Shown: one piece after another, positions 28,981-38,615 of the stretch
How the letters are laid out: every line of letters starts with the position of its first letter
How positions within the stretch are numbered: position 1 is the stretch's first letter
Assembly (NCBI GenBank): GCA_024690485.1
Contig: JAILPB010000129.1
Span: forward strand, 4,380 to 68,379
Source of the DNA: Butyrivibrio sp.
GTDB taxonomy: Bacteria > Bacillota > Clostridia > Lachnospirales > Lachnospiraceae
DNA: 64,000 nt
Direction of reading: 5' to 3'
Made by a program: the position numbers and the translations under genes
The notes under the pieces: model-generated
What the model saw: the letters and a program-made list of their open reading frames with translations, nothing else
Told to the model about the DNA's origin: nothing
Database searches by the model: none

Positions 28981-30954
28981 TTAAAAAGCTTTTGCCAAAA
29001 CCTGCATAAGAGAAAGTGCATTAACTATCATAAGCCCTGTAATTACAAAATGAGCTTTCTCTTTCTTAAGTGTTAATCCTGATGAGCGAATCGCCATAAG
29101 GATCATCATCATCTGTAAGACAAGGTATCTGCCCTGTACTCCATTTATATGGGTATCTGAAGGCTCAGTCTCTGCAAGAAGCATTGCAAGGAATATAAGC
29201 CCAACTGAAATGATACTTCCTGCCACCAGGAGTTTTTTCATTTTACCTGAAATGCTGATATTTTCTTCTATAGCAGATAACAACAAAAGTCCTACCAGAT
29301 TAGCTATAGGGAACATTATAACCAGCTTCACATCAAGCCAGCCAAATGTGCCTCCAAAAGCACCCTGAATATATGGATCACTCTTTTCAAAGAATGTGCA
29401 CCATACCATCTTACCTATAGTCATAGGGTTCTGCAAAATGTATCTGACAGTTATTGTCTCTTTTGCAGTGCCTCCCATACCGATGGATGTAAGTATGGGC
29501 ATAAATTTAGCTACAAACAAAACTCCGGCTACTGCCACAGCGCCCAAAGCACATACAGCAATGGCCCACTTTGGAAGCTTTATCTTCATATTTTCCGGCT
29601 TATTTATTGCAAATATCATAAGGGCCATTGGCAAATACACAGCACCCTTGGTAAATACCAGATAAATTATGATCAGTCCGCAAATGACATACCACTTAAT
29701 ATGAGCATCCTTTTCCACATGCATATGCACGCAGATTGCTATAAACAAAAATCCAAATCCCATGATAACAGGATCATAGGAAAAAGATGCCGCCTGCTGG
29801 ATCATTATGGGAAGCAGAGCTGTCATTGCCATCAGTTCCTTATATAACGGAGTAAGTCCTATAGCCAGTCCTGCCAGCAGTACATAAACAATCAGATTCA
29901 TGATCCTGCCAAGGGTGTATGCAAGCACAGGTGAAAGCCCCAGAACTCTTCCGATGCTTAGCCCCACTGCTGCCGGCAAAAAGTTTAATGCCGTAACCTG
30001 TCCGCTTGAATCAAAATAATGTGCAACTATAAGATCTGTATCTGCAGGCCTCTTAAACAGCTCGCTTGTACTCTGGTAATAGGAACCAGTTTCTATATTG
30101 TTCGGAAGCATATCTGTAAATTCAGCATCGCATCTTCTCTTATAGATAGTTCCCGGCTGATCCGGATTACCGATTCCCATGATCACATTGGAATACTTAT
30201 AAGTCGTATCCATATGCCAGGATTCATCCGGAACCCCGTTTACAGGAATAACCAGAAGCATTATCACTCCATACACAAGAGCCAGCGGAATAAATGCCTT
30301 CTGTATCTCCAGACCTCTGATAATAAAAATGTAATAAGCAAAAACTGCAAGGAATACAATCAGCAAAAGACTTATTACAATAAATCCCTTTGCGGATCCT
30401 ACTCTGCCATACTCAATGCTATAAATGATATTGGTTCGCAAGCTTTCATCGCCGTTGAAAGATGTAACAACTCCCGGCTTTTCATTAGCGTTTACCTGAA
30501 GTACTCCGCCCTGGAGTTCACTTGCCTCTACCTTAAGTAATAGCTCATGCTCCTTTAGGTCGCCTTCGTTATTTACACCCATCATTATTGTAGAAAACTT
30601 ACCGGAAGGCTGGATCACAGCTTCAGATGTACCAATGGTTTTATTATTTGATAAATCCAAAAGACTTAAGTTTACTTTTGCCGCAGCTCCTCTTTCGCCC
30701 TCATATTGTACATAGACCATAATCCTGTGGAGATCGCCTACCATACAGATAAAGGACTCTTCTAAGGAAGGAGTATCCGTTGTAAGAGCTATGGTTTCTT
30801 CAGCACTCGCCTTATGAGCCCAGCGCCATGTATCCTCAAAGGGTTTGTCAAAGCTTTCATCTATCTGAGCTTTATATGTGAACAGCGCAGCAATGAGCAT
30901 TATTAAAAGAAGTATCAGACCTCTTATTATTTTGGGTTTTCTAATGCTATCCAC
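28981..30954 (-). CDS. DUF2142 (GacL-like) GT-C membrane glycosyltransferase with extra N-terminal extracytoplasmic domain
   Basis: VPDESWH, A.GL.IGR, GRIMNL, LLP..IQQAASFSYD, FGWLD, INGVQGRY; GTG start after AAGGAG. Confidence 0.8.
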   Translation of the reverse strand: MDSIRKPKIIRGLILLLIMLIAALFTYKAQIDESFDKPFEDTWRWAHKASAEETIALTTDTPSLEESFICMVGDLHRIMVYVQYEGERGAAAKVNLSLLDLSNNKTIGTSEAVIQPSGKFSTIMMGVNNEGDLKEHELLLKVEASELQGGVLQVNANEKPGVVTSFNGDESLRTNIIYSIEYGRVGSAKGFIVISLLLIVFLAVFAYYIFIIRGLEIQKAFIPLALVYGVIMLLVIPVNGVPDESWHMDTTYKYSNVIMGIGNPDQPGTIYKRRCDAEFTDMLPNNIETGSYYQSTSELFKRPADTDLIVAHYFDSSGQVTALNFLPAAVGLSIGRVLGLSPVLAYTLGRIMNLIVYVLLAGLAIGLTPLYKELMAMTALLPIMIQQAASFSYDPVIMGFGFLFIAICVHMHVEKDAHIKWYVICGLIIIYLVFTKGAVYLPMALMIFAINKPENMKIKLPKWAIAVCALGAVAVAGVLFVAKFMPILTSIGMGGTAKETITVRYILQNPMTIGKMVWCTFFEKSDPYIQGAFGGTFGWLDVKLVIMFPIANLVGLLLLSAIEENISISGKMKKLLVAGSIISVGLIFLAMLLAETEPSDTHINGVQGRYLVLQMMMILMAIRSSGLTLKKEKAHFVITGLMIVNALSLMQVLAKAF

Positions 30955-30957
30955 AAA

Positions 30958-31350
30958 TTACTCCTTGTTTTCCTCTTTGGACTCATCAAGCTTACTCTCG
31001 ATTTCTCTTACTCTCTTTTCCAAAAGAGCCTGTGTCTGAATAAGTGTGGTAATCCTGGATGCCTGTCTTGAAGCAATGCTTGTAAGCGACAATACCAGCA
31101 TAATAAGGAATGCTATGAGAATAATAAACAATCCGTTCATGGTGCTGGTAATTCCAAGAATCTGAATAATCTTGAAAAGCAGTATGGGATTTAATACCAA
31201 CACAAGAAAAGCCACTCCTGTAAACAACCACAGGAGGGTATATTTCATATTAAGTTTCTTGTGCTTTAAGAGTGAAAGGATAATGATAAAATACACAATC
31301 ACCGCAAATATGAGCACAAACGTAAGTCTCGGAGGAATTATCTGAAACAT
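30958..31350 (-). CDS. DUF2304 family small membrane protein (GacJ-like)
   Basis: 130 aa, three TMs, KYTLLWL, ..LIQ..ALLE coiled tail; adjacent to a DPM1-like GT2. Confidence 0.85.
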   Translation of the reverse strand: MFQIIPPRLTFVLIFAVIVYFIIILSLLKHKKLNMKYTLLWLFTGVAFLVLVLNPILLFKIIQILGITSTMNGLFIILIAFLIMLVLSLTSIASRQASRITTLIQTQALLEKRVREIESKLDESKEENKE

Positions 31351-31363
31351 CTTATCTCCCTGA

Positions 31364-32080
31364 TCATCTTCGTATTCCGTAACTAATACGGCAAACTATC
31401 ATGTTAAGAGTTACCTTTATCATGTAGTAAACAGATCTCTTTAGGTTGATGGAGCTCTTACCTCCATCCCTCTCTCTCATAACAACAGGTAATTCAAGTA
31501 TTCTCTTCCTGCGCATAACAGCGTCAACAATTGCCTCAGGCTCTGGATAATCTATCGGATAGTAGTCTGCAAACACATCAATAAAAAATTTGTTTACAGC
31601 TCTAAATCCGCTGGTGACATCCTTCACTTTCTTGAAGCATAAAATCATAATCAGAAAACTAAAAAAATGGATTCCCGCTCTTCTTGCAAAAGAGCTCTGA
31701 AATCCCTTATTTTCTACAAATCTTGATCCGATGACGTAGTCAGCCTTATCTTCAAGAATAGGCTTTATGATCTCCTCAATATATGCAGGATCATGCTGTC
31801 CGTCGCCGTCAATCTGAACCGCTATCTCATAGTTCATCTCCCTGGCATATCTGTAGCCTGTCTGAATGGCTCCGCCAATACCGAGGTTAATGGGGCAGTT
31901 TATGTGATTGTAGCCGTGCTTTTTGCAGATAGCACCGGTGTTATCCGATGATCCGTCATTGACTACAACATAGTCGAACTGGGGATAGTTATCCCTTATC
32001 TCTTCTACAATTCCGGTTATATTCTCTGATTCATTATAGGCAGGTACTATTATCAGCACATCTGACTTTTTTGAATTCAT
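31364..32080 (-). CDS. DPM1-like GT2 polyprenyl-phosphate glycosyltransferase (GacI-like)
   Basis: IVPAYNE, VNDGSSD, NLGIGGA.QTG, QIDGDGQHDP, IGSRF, DVTSGFRA, YPEPE, MRER.GG.SSI; no C-terminal TMs. Confidence 0.88.
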   Translation of the reverse strand: MNSKKSDVLIIVPAYNESENITGIVEEIRDNYPQFDYVVVNDGSSDNTGAICKKHGYNHINCPINLGIGGAIQTGYRYAREMNYEIAVQIDGDGQHDPAYIEEIIKPILEDKADYVIGSRFVENKGFQSSFARRAGIHFFSFLIMILCFKKVKDVTSGFRAVNKFFIDVFADYYPIDYPEPEAIVDAVMRRKRILELPVVMRERDGGKSSINLKRSVYYMIKVTLNMIVCRISYGIRR

Positions 32081-32097
32081 TATTTATCCTCTGTTTC

Positions 32098-32922
32098 TTA
32101 GAAGCTGTGGTCGTATTTTTTATGGAAAAGCTTAGCCCTAAGGAAAGCCGCACCCTTCTTAAACCAGTTGATTCGTTCCATATGGATACATGGAAGTTCC
32201 TGAACCTGGTATCTTAGTATCTCTCCTGTAGCCATCTGATGGTCAAGCCATACATTAAAGATCAGCTCGCCAACTCTCCCTATATATCTTCCCTGATAAG
32301 CATCAAGTTTGTTATCAATAAGTTCCTTCTCAAGCTCATCAAGTATATCAAAGAGCCATCTGCAATACTTATTGAGAATGTCTCTTCTCATTATCATCAT
32401 GTTAAACATATATCCGGAAGTCTGACTCATGGCCTTTTCATAGGACTCAAGGTACTCTGGATATTTTCTCTCTATGATACTCTTAGTCTTAACAAGCTGC
32501 TCCTCATAATGTGTATGAGAATAGTGAGAATGAAGTGTTTCTATGTAGTACTTCCTCTTAGTAGGTACTACCACGCAGCTCTTCTTTAAGATCTCATCAA
32601 GTTCATCCTGCTTAATAACCTTCTCAAAAGGATCAGAACTCACTCCCTGATGCTTACTTCCAAAGTATCTTCTGTAATGAACCAGCCCGATAAAGTCAGC
32701 ATCTACATTTTTCCACGCCCAATAAAGACCCGTAAGTTCGCAGTACTGAGAATTCTTAGCAGATATGTTATCCTCGCTGCTATTGTCCTTCTCATACTCA
32801 GGAATCAGGATCTTTGCCTTTTCAGCGCCAACCTGAACAGGCATATACATACCATCGTCAGGCATTCTATATTTTTTTGTTGTGGCAACAATAATTTTTA
32901 CTTTAGCCATTTGCCCCGCCAA
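32098..32922 (-). CDS. DUF4422 glycosyltransferase (galactofuranosyltransferase-like)
   Basis: P.QVG, DNIS.KN..YCELTGLYWAWKN, GLVHYRRYF, FNM.IM, YC.WLF.IL. Start TTG 32922 or ATG 32910. Confidence 0.85.
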   Translation of the reverse strand: MAGQMAKVKIIVATTKKYRMPDDGMYMPVQVGAEKAKILIPEYEKDNSSEDNISAKNSQYCELTGLYWAWKNVDADFIGLVHYRRYFGSKHQGVSSDPFEKVIKQDELDEILKKSCVVVPTKRKYYIETLHSHYSHTHYEEQLVKTKSIIERKYPEYLESYEKAMSQTSGYMFNMMIMRRDILNKYCRWLFDILDELEKELIDNKLDAYQGRYIGRVGELIFNVWLDHQMATGEILRYQVQELPCIHMERINWFKKGAAFLRAKLFHKKYDHSF

Positions 32923-33004
32923 ATCTCTCCAGTTACATAATACTTAACAACATGTATTTTCATGCAATCGTATAATTTTATCAATAAATCTTATATAAAA
33001 CAAG

Positions 33005-33922
33005 TTATCGAACCTTGCCATCCTTATCTATGAGTATCCAGCCCTTCCAAAAGTCGTGCATAAGATCCGGATCACAGGGCTGATTGTTTCTCATGGTGAA
33101 GGTTCTTATAACCTCCTTATCCTTCCTCTTGTTGAGTCTTGCTCCCCAGAATGAGAAAGTTGAGTTAGCACAGATATTACCCATGCAATGGCTCATCAGT
33201 TCAATATCAAGAAGGGAATCTCTGCCTGTGTTGTTATTTACCACAGTATATCTGTCTCTGTCTTTATACCTCTCCAGAGCATACTCTGTATCATTTGTGA
33301 AAATATAAAAATGCGCATCCTCATACTTTTCCATAAAGTAATTCATGGCACTTTCATAGTATTCATCTGTGGAAATATTGCCAAAAAGAGCCGCATTCTC
33401 AGGGTCAAGGTAATCACCTCGTCTTATGTGAACGCTTACGCTGTGCTCAGCTTCCATCTTGTTTATGAGATCTTTGTTTTTAAGCTGCATTTCCTCGTCG
33501 TGATGCTTCGGAAAAACAAACAATTCCTGAAGCTCACCGCAGATATCATCATAGTATTTCTGACATGCAAAGTAGCCTTCTATATATTTGTCTTTAAGTT
33601 CAAAGACCTCCGGGTGATACATCTTGGATTCCGTAAAAATATTGTTCTTTTCAGGAAGAATTCTGTACATCACCTTCTGAAAAACATTTCTATTAAGGAA
33701 ATGTGCTCTTTCCTCCTCGGTGCACTCGGGTATCGGAAGTCCATTAAAAAGGCGAAGCTCAAGTTCCCGCTTCGCTAAGACGCCCTCCTGGTTCTTACTG
33801 GAAAACCATGAGGTATCCAGTTTAACATCGCGGTCCGCACCTGCCTTTAATAGTTTTCTGTACAGCGCATACTGCTGCATCTGATTCCCAAGACCACCTG
33901 CAATTCTAATAATTATCATCAA
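33005..33922 (-). CDS. Alpha-1,2-fucosyltransferase family (GT11)
   Basis: GGLGNQM.QY, SVHIRRGDY, ANSTFSFWGA. Confidence 0.9.
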   Translation of the reverse strand: MMIIIRIAGGLGNQMQQYALYRKLLKAGADRDVKLDTSWFSSKNQEGVLAKRELELRLFNGLPIPECTEEERAHFLNRNVFQKVMYRILPEKNNIFTESKMYHPEVFELKDKYIEGYFACQKYYDDICGELQELFVFPKHHDEEMQLKNKDLINKMEAEHSVSVHIRRGDYLDPENAALFGNISTDEYYESAMNYFMEKYEDAHFYIFTNDTEYALERYKDRDRYTVVNNNTGRDSLLDIELMSHCMGNICANSTFSFWGARLNKRKDKEVIRTFTMRNNQPCDPDLMHDFWKGWILIDKDGKVR

Positions 33923-33933
33923 CTCGTCCTTTT

Positions 33934-35136
33934 TTAAAAGCTAATGTTCTTGCCGGCTTCTTCAATATACTCCGGCATTTTTTCTTTAAGAGTAGCTCTA
34001 ATAGCCGACTCATTATCCATTATCCACTTAAAGCCGTTTAAGAGATCATCCTCTTTCTTAAGTGCCCACACAGGAATAACGTAGTTCTCATCCTGTCCAA
34101 ACAGATCCTTTGCTATTCCTCTTGATTTTACGGAGTATCCGATAACAAGAGTAGGCACAAGACTTGAATATGCTGCAATTGTTGAATGGGTTCTTGCTCC
34201 CACAAAGAATTTGCAGCGGCTAATTATACCCTTTAAGTTCGTAGCAGGCATATCGTGGATTATCTCAACCCTTGACTGTCCCTTATAGTTTTTAAACTCG
34301 TTATACAGCGCATTTAAAGGGCCTCTGTCGTCATTACTCTTCCAGACAACATGGGGAATAAGAGCAACTCCTAATGAGGTGTTATCAAGTATATATCTGA
34401 TAAGAGTCCTATAGTTCTCCATAGTCATACCGGGAGCACTTTCTTTTCCCTGAACCATTGGACTTACATTTATTCCTACAACCTCAGACTTTTTGAAAAG
34501 CTGAGGAAGTTCAACTATCTTGGTAGGAAGTGCAAAAGCAGGGTCAGGACAAAGCATCACCTTATCCTTTGAAATTCCTCCGGCTATAAGTCCTTCATAG
34601 GTTATGGATTCTCTTGCGATTATCATGTCGTAGGATTCAAGGTCTTCCTTTAGGGAAGGTACAGAATCCGGCTCCACAGAGCAGCCCATAAGAACTGTCT
34701 TCATTTTCATATTCTTAAATACATTGTGAGACAGCACCAGGTCCTTCACCATCTCAGGATAGCAGTAGTTGTCTCCGCCAATTGAAACAGCTATGGTTTC
34801 TGCATTTTTATCCAGTTTTGCCAGAGCATCCGCATATCTGTATCTGTAAAAAGACTCTGCATCCCCGGTAATCTTTCTGTAGATATAGTACAAAACGTGG
34901 GTTATCTTGTGCTTTGCAATATGTCTTTCCTCAACAATACTGCATCTTCCGCTCTTTGATATCTCACCTATATCGTATTTCTCATCCTCGAAGCTGCTGT
35001 TGGTAACAAGGAGCACCTTCTTTATATCTTCATTATTTTGTTTCTTTAAAAGCTCCAAAGTACTGACAGCTATGGCCTCACAGCCATGGTTGCCACTACC
35101 GGCATGCATATAAAATAATAACTGTTTATCCTGCAT
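33934..35136 (-). CDS. Polysaccharide pyruvyl transferase family protein
   Basis: NHGCEAI, IGGDNY, ARESIT, PDPAF, GARTHSTIAA, YSVKS. Confidence 0.85.
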   Translation of the reverse strand: MQDKQLLFYMHAGSGNHGCEAIAVSTLELLKKQNNEDIKKVLLVTNSSFEDEKYDIGEISKSGRCSIVEERHIAKHKITHVLYYIYRKITGDAESFYRYRYADALAKLDKNAETIAVSIGGDNYCYPEMVKDLVLSHNVFKNMKMKTVLMGCSVEPDSVPSLKEDLESYDMIIARESITYEGLIAGGISKDKVMLCPDPAFALPTKIVELPQLFKKSEVVGINVSPMVQGKESAPGMTMENYRTLIRYILDNTSLGVALIPHVVWKSNDDRGPLNALYNEFKNYKGQSRVEIIHDMPATNLKGIISRCKFFVGARTHSTIAAYSSLVPTLVIGYSVKSRGIAKDLFGQDENYVIPVWALKKEDDLLNGFKWIMDNESAIRATLKEKMPEYIEEAGKNISF

Positions 35137-35150
35137 AATCTGCCACCAAT

Positions 35151-36170
35151 CTATTTTTTTAAAGCCCCGTAAAGAGCAAGATAAAGATTCCTGCTACTCA
35201 TAAAAAAGCTGACCTTCATCTTATATCCCCTATCAAGGAGGCGATAGACCCTTCCGCTCTTAAGACCATGCTTTACAAGATCATAGCTCGCAGAAAGGGT
35301 GGTATTAACCATATCCTTATCAGCTTTCTTTTTGGCTTCCCTGCTCATGCAGGCAATTTTACCCGCAACAAGCATTGCTGCCATTATCTGGATGGCGCTC
35401 AGTCTGTCCATGGTCTCATCAGAAAATTTATGACCTGACTTATTTATAAGTTCCTCAGCCTTTTGCCAGCATACCAGCTGATGAGCATAGCTCTCCTTAA
35501 ACTCGGAGTTCATGGCACCGTCTTCATTTTCACTATAGTTATATCCATCCTTCTTAGTGACATATGCAAACTTCTTATCACCAAGCTTTAGAGCCATATC
35601 CAAAAGGAACAGCATATCTTCACCAATGGCCAGGCCCTCAGGGAAAATAACCTTGTTCTTTAAAAGCATCTGCCTTCTGAAAAGCTTTCCCCACACATGG
35701 GTATTCTCAGCAAGAACCGCATTCTCCACATATTCATATCCTGACATGGGATCATCGAAGGCCTTTTTGGATGTGATATCTATCAGATCAAAGCCTGTCT
35801 CATCTTCTTTTTTCAGAAGGTCCAGAAAATATTCTTTTCTTACGGTATCGTCAGCATCTATAAATACTATGTATTCCCCCCTTGCAAGCTCGATTCCGAT
35901 ATTTCTTGCATGGGATACTCCGTGGTTTTTGGTATGTCTTGCAATGACATACTCAGCTGTAAGCTCGTCGCAGATTCTTCTTCCGCCATCTGTAGAACCA
36001 TCATCAACAAGGATGATTTCCACAATGGAACCGGAAAAATCTGCATCCGAATTAAGATGCGCAGCCGCTTCCTTAACGGATTCTACGCACCCCCTTATAC
36101 TTTTTTCTGCCTGATAAACCGGTATTATGACGCTAATTACAATAGCTGATTCAGTAGGCTTTCCATCCAT
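35151..36170 (-). CDS. Glycosyltransferase family 2
   Basis: SVIIPVY, VDDGSTD, GVSHARN.G, FIDADD, VWGKLF, GED. Confidence 0.9.
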   Translation of the reverse strand: MDGKPTESAIVISVIIPVYQAEKSIRGCVESVKEAAAHLNSDADFSGSIVEIILVDDGSTDGGRRICDELTAEYVIARHTKNHGVSHARNIGIELARGEYIVFIDADDTVRKEYFLDLLKKEDETGFDLIDITSKKAFDDPMSGYEYVENAVLAENTHVWGKLFRRQMLLKNKVIFPEGLAIGEDMLFLLDMALKLGDKKFAYVTKKDGYNYSENEDGAMNSEFKESYAHQLVCWQKAEELINKSGHKFSDETMDRLSAIQIMAAMLVAGKIACMSREAKKKADKDMVNTTLSASYDLVKHGLKSGRVYRLLDRGYKMKVSFFMSSRNLYLALYGALKK

Positions 36171-37557
36171 CCCTCTCTACTCCTAAAAGTGTCCTAAATC
36201 CATAATAATTTGCCATCATAACATTGGTCCAATAGGTCCAATCCTCTGTAACATCGCAGTCATAAGCTGCGGAGTACTTTGTCTTAAATTCCGGGCGTAG
36301 CATGGGTACTTCCACATCCTCTGCCCCTGTCTGTGCATATTCCTCAAGATAGTTATAGCGCTCCTGCTCCTCGCGGTAGATTCTTGCAAGGCTTGCGCCG
36401 CTATCAAGATAAGTAAAGAACATATACAGAAGCATGCAATAAATCACAGCCTTCTTGGAAAGCTGCACCCATCTTGCCTCTTCACGGACATCCTGATATC
36501 CCTGAACAATTGCCAGTATAAGAAAAATTCCTGCTCCAAACAGAGCTCTGTTTTGAGGAGTAACTGTCATCACAAGACTATAGCAGGCAGCAAGGAAGAG
36601 GAATGCAAATACCATCACATCAAAAAGCTCTGCCCATCTCTTACCCTGCAGTTTAAGAAGTGTAACTATTACAATAAGCACGCAAAGAAGAATGAAGAAC
36701 TCTTCTCTTACAGCCAGGGTAATGTTCAGGAATCTTGCTGCAAAGCCCAAAAGGCCACTGTGAAGTTCCTCTCTGTTTGCAGCTCTTTGCATATTTCCGG
36801 GAGCAAGGACCATTATAAAAAGTCCTAACACATTTCCCAAAACTCCTGTTATCATCCACACTCTGGGTTTTCTTCCTGTTCTCACAAAGAGCACAAGAAG
36901 GAGAATTACAAATAAAAGGCATGCTCCGCTGGTGTTCTCATTGCACCATCCCGCAAGGATTCCGAACAAGAACATTCCAATGGCATTTAATCTTCCCTTT
37001 ATCTCCTGGGCTTTATCAAGTCTTATAGCCTTCTCCACACCGTTTCTGTAAACTGTCATAAATCCAAGAATTATGGTTGTAGTAAGAAGATAGTTACATG
37101 CTCCTGTCTCCCAAAGGACTGTCTGGGCAAAATTAACTCCGAATACCCAAAGGAGCATAACTATAAAAACATATGTATGAATATCATATTTTTGCTGTTT
37201 CTGAATATTTTTGTAGATCAAAAGTGAAAGGGCTGTAAATGCAAATGCAGCCACAATATTAAAGATTGTCCGTCCGCCTGAGAAAATGTGCAGATCAATG
37301 TACATAAGAAGACGCATCATTCCGTGAGCTACACTTCTCCCGGTCCAGCCAAGATACTGAGTCTTTTCCTGAGAAATAAGGTCAAATACAGACCCTGCCT
37401 GCTTAACCTCAGACAAATAAGACATGTCGTCCATAAGCATAGGTGTTAATAACTCATAAATGTATATGGAAAAAAAGCAGCACAAAACTGCCACGAAAAA
37501 CAGATTCTTTCGTATTTTAGCTCTTCCAAGCTCTTTTTCACCCGAATTACTTTTCAT
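36151..37557 (-). CDS. DUF6056-like polytopic membrane protein, candidate GT-C glycosyltransferase
   Basis: TP...DD..Y after TM1, Y..WTGR, W.TGACNY, AGWCNENT, APGN..R, YYG. Confidence 0.7.
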   Translation of the reverse strand: MKSNSGEKELGRAKIRKNLFFVAVLCCFFSIYIYELLTPMLMDDMSYLSEVKQAGSVFDLISQEKTQYLGWTGRSVAHGMMRLLMYIDLHIFSGGRTIFNIVAAFAFTALSLLIYKNIQKQQKYDIHTYVFIVMLLWVFGVNFAQTVLWETGACNYLLTTTIILGFMTVYRNGVEKAIRLDKAQEIKGRLNAIGMFLFGILAGWCNENTSGACLLFVILLLVLFVRTGRKPRVWMITGVLGNVLGLFIMVLAPGNMQRAANREELHSGLLGFAARFLNITLAVREEFFILLCVLIVIVTLLKLQGKRWAELFDVMVFAFLFLAACYSLVMTVTPQNRALFGAGIFLILAIVQGYQDVREEARWVQLSKKAVIYCMLLYMFFTYLDSGASLARIYREEQERYNYLEEYAQTGAEDVEVPMLRPEFKTKYSAAYDCDVTEDWTYWTNVMMANYYGFRTLLGVERDGWKAY

Positions 37558-37582
37558 GCAACACTCCCTTGTGCTTGCATAA

Positions 37583-38599
37583 TTATCTGTTCTTCAAATT
37601 GTATGCAAGCTTTAAAGCACCCACAGATATTCTTCCCGGATGCTTCATCACTTCATATAATAACTGATTTCCCTTATCTTTTACAACTAAAGGAGTTTTT
37701 CTTGCCCTCTCCCTGATATTGTTATCTCTCATCAGTGCAAGGAGATTCTTAGTAATATCCTTTTGAGCCCTGAGTTCGTTCTTCATCTGATACATGAAAA
37801 GAAATAGTTTTTCCTTTTCCAAAAGGGTCTCGGCCTGAGCTTTATCCTCATATTTATCTGCAAGGACCTTTTTCAAAACAGTCTCCAGATAATCCATGTT
37901 CTTGTTTAATCCTGCATCGTAGCCGTGAGTCATGGATACGTCGTTGCAGAAATAGTGATAAAAACAGGAATCCTTCATTATCACTATTCGCTCCGCATCA
38001 AGGATTGCTGGAAGCATGATATTCACATCCTCTGCCATACGGATCCTAGTGTCACAGTAGTGCATGTTTTCTGTAATAAGCTCTTTTTTTGTAAGCTTCA
38101 TGCATCTGGAAAAAGAAACCGTTCTGTTCTCATTACCAAGAACCTGTTTTTTTATCTTATTCTGAAGGTCATCACCCTCATACACTCCGCTCTCTGCGCC
38201 GTGATACATGGGATAAGACTGCCCGCTTGTACGCTCTATCAGGTGATTGCAGCAGATAATCTCTTTTTTTCCTGTGAGATACTCAGACATTTTCTCTATC
38301 ATGTCTGTATCTATCCAGTCGTCACTGTCAACGAAGCATAAATACTCACCGGATGAATTCCTTGTGCCCTCCATCCAGGCACTCATGAGACCGCCGTTTT
38401 CCTTATGTATGACCTTGACTCTGCTATCGGATGCGGCATACTCATCACACATTTTGCCGCTTCTATCCTTTGACCCGTCATCAACAAGGATTATCTCTAT
38501 ATTTTTGTAGGTCTGAGCTGTGATGCTCCCCACGCATTTATCCAAATATTCTTCCGCACCGTAGACAGGCACGATAACACTTATCAGAAAATCCTGCAT
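37583..38599 (-). CDS. Glycosyltransferase family 2
   Basis: SVIVPVY, QTY.NIEIILVDDGS, FVDSDDW, AED. Confidence 0.92.
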   Translation of the reverse strand: MQDFLISVIVPVYGAEEYLDKCVGSITAQTYKNIEIILVDDGSKDRSGKMCDEYAASDSRVKVIHKENGGLMSAWMEGTRNSSGEYLCFVDSDDWIDTDMIEKMSEYLTGKKEIICCNHLIERTSGQSYPMYHGAESGVYEGDDLQNKIKKQVLGNENRTVSFSRCMKLTKKELITENMHYCDTRIRMAEDVNIMLPAILDAERIVIMKDSCFYHYFCNDVSMTHGYDAGLNKNMDYLETVLKKVLADKYEDKAQAETLLEKEKLFLFMYQMKNELRAQKDITKNLLALMRDNNIRERARKTPLVVKDKGNQLLYEVMKHPGRISVGALKLAYNLKNR

Positions 38600-38615
38600 C
38601 TAAACCTCGCAAACT

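Noticed and set aside
32923-33004. AT-rich 82-bp gap as an internal promoter
   Set aside because: The best hexamer pair (TTGCAT/TATTAT) is 19 bp apart; support is too weak.
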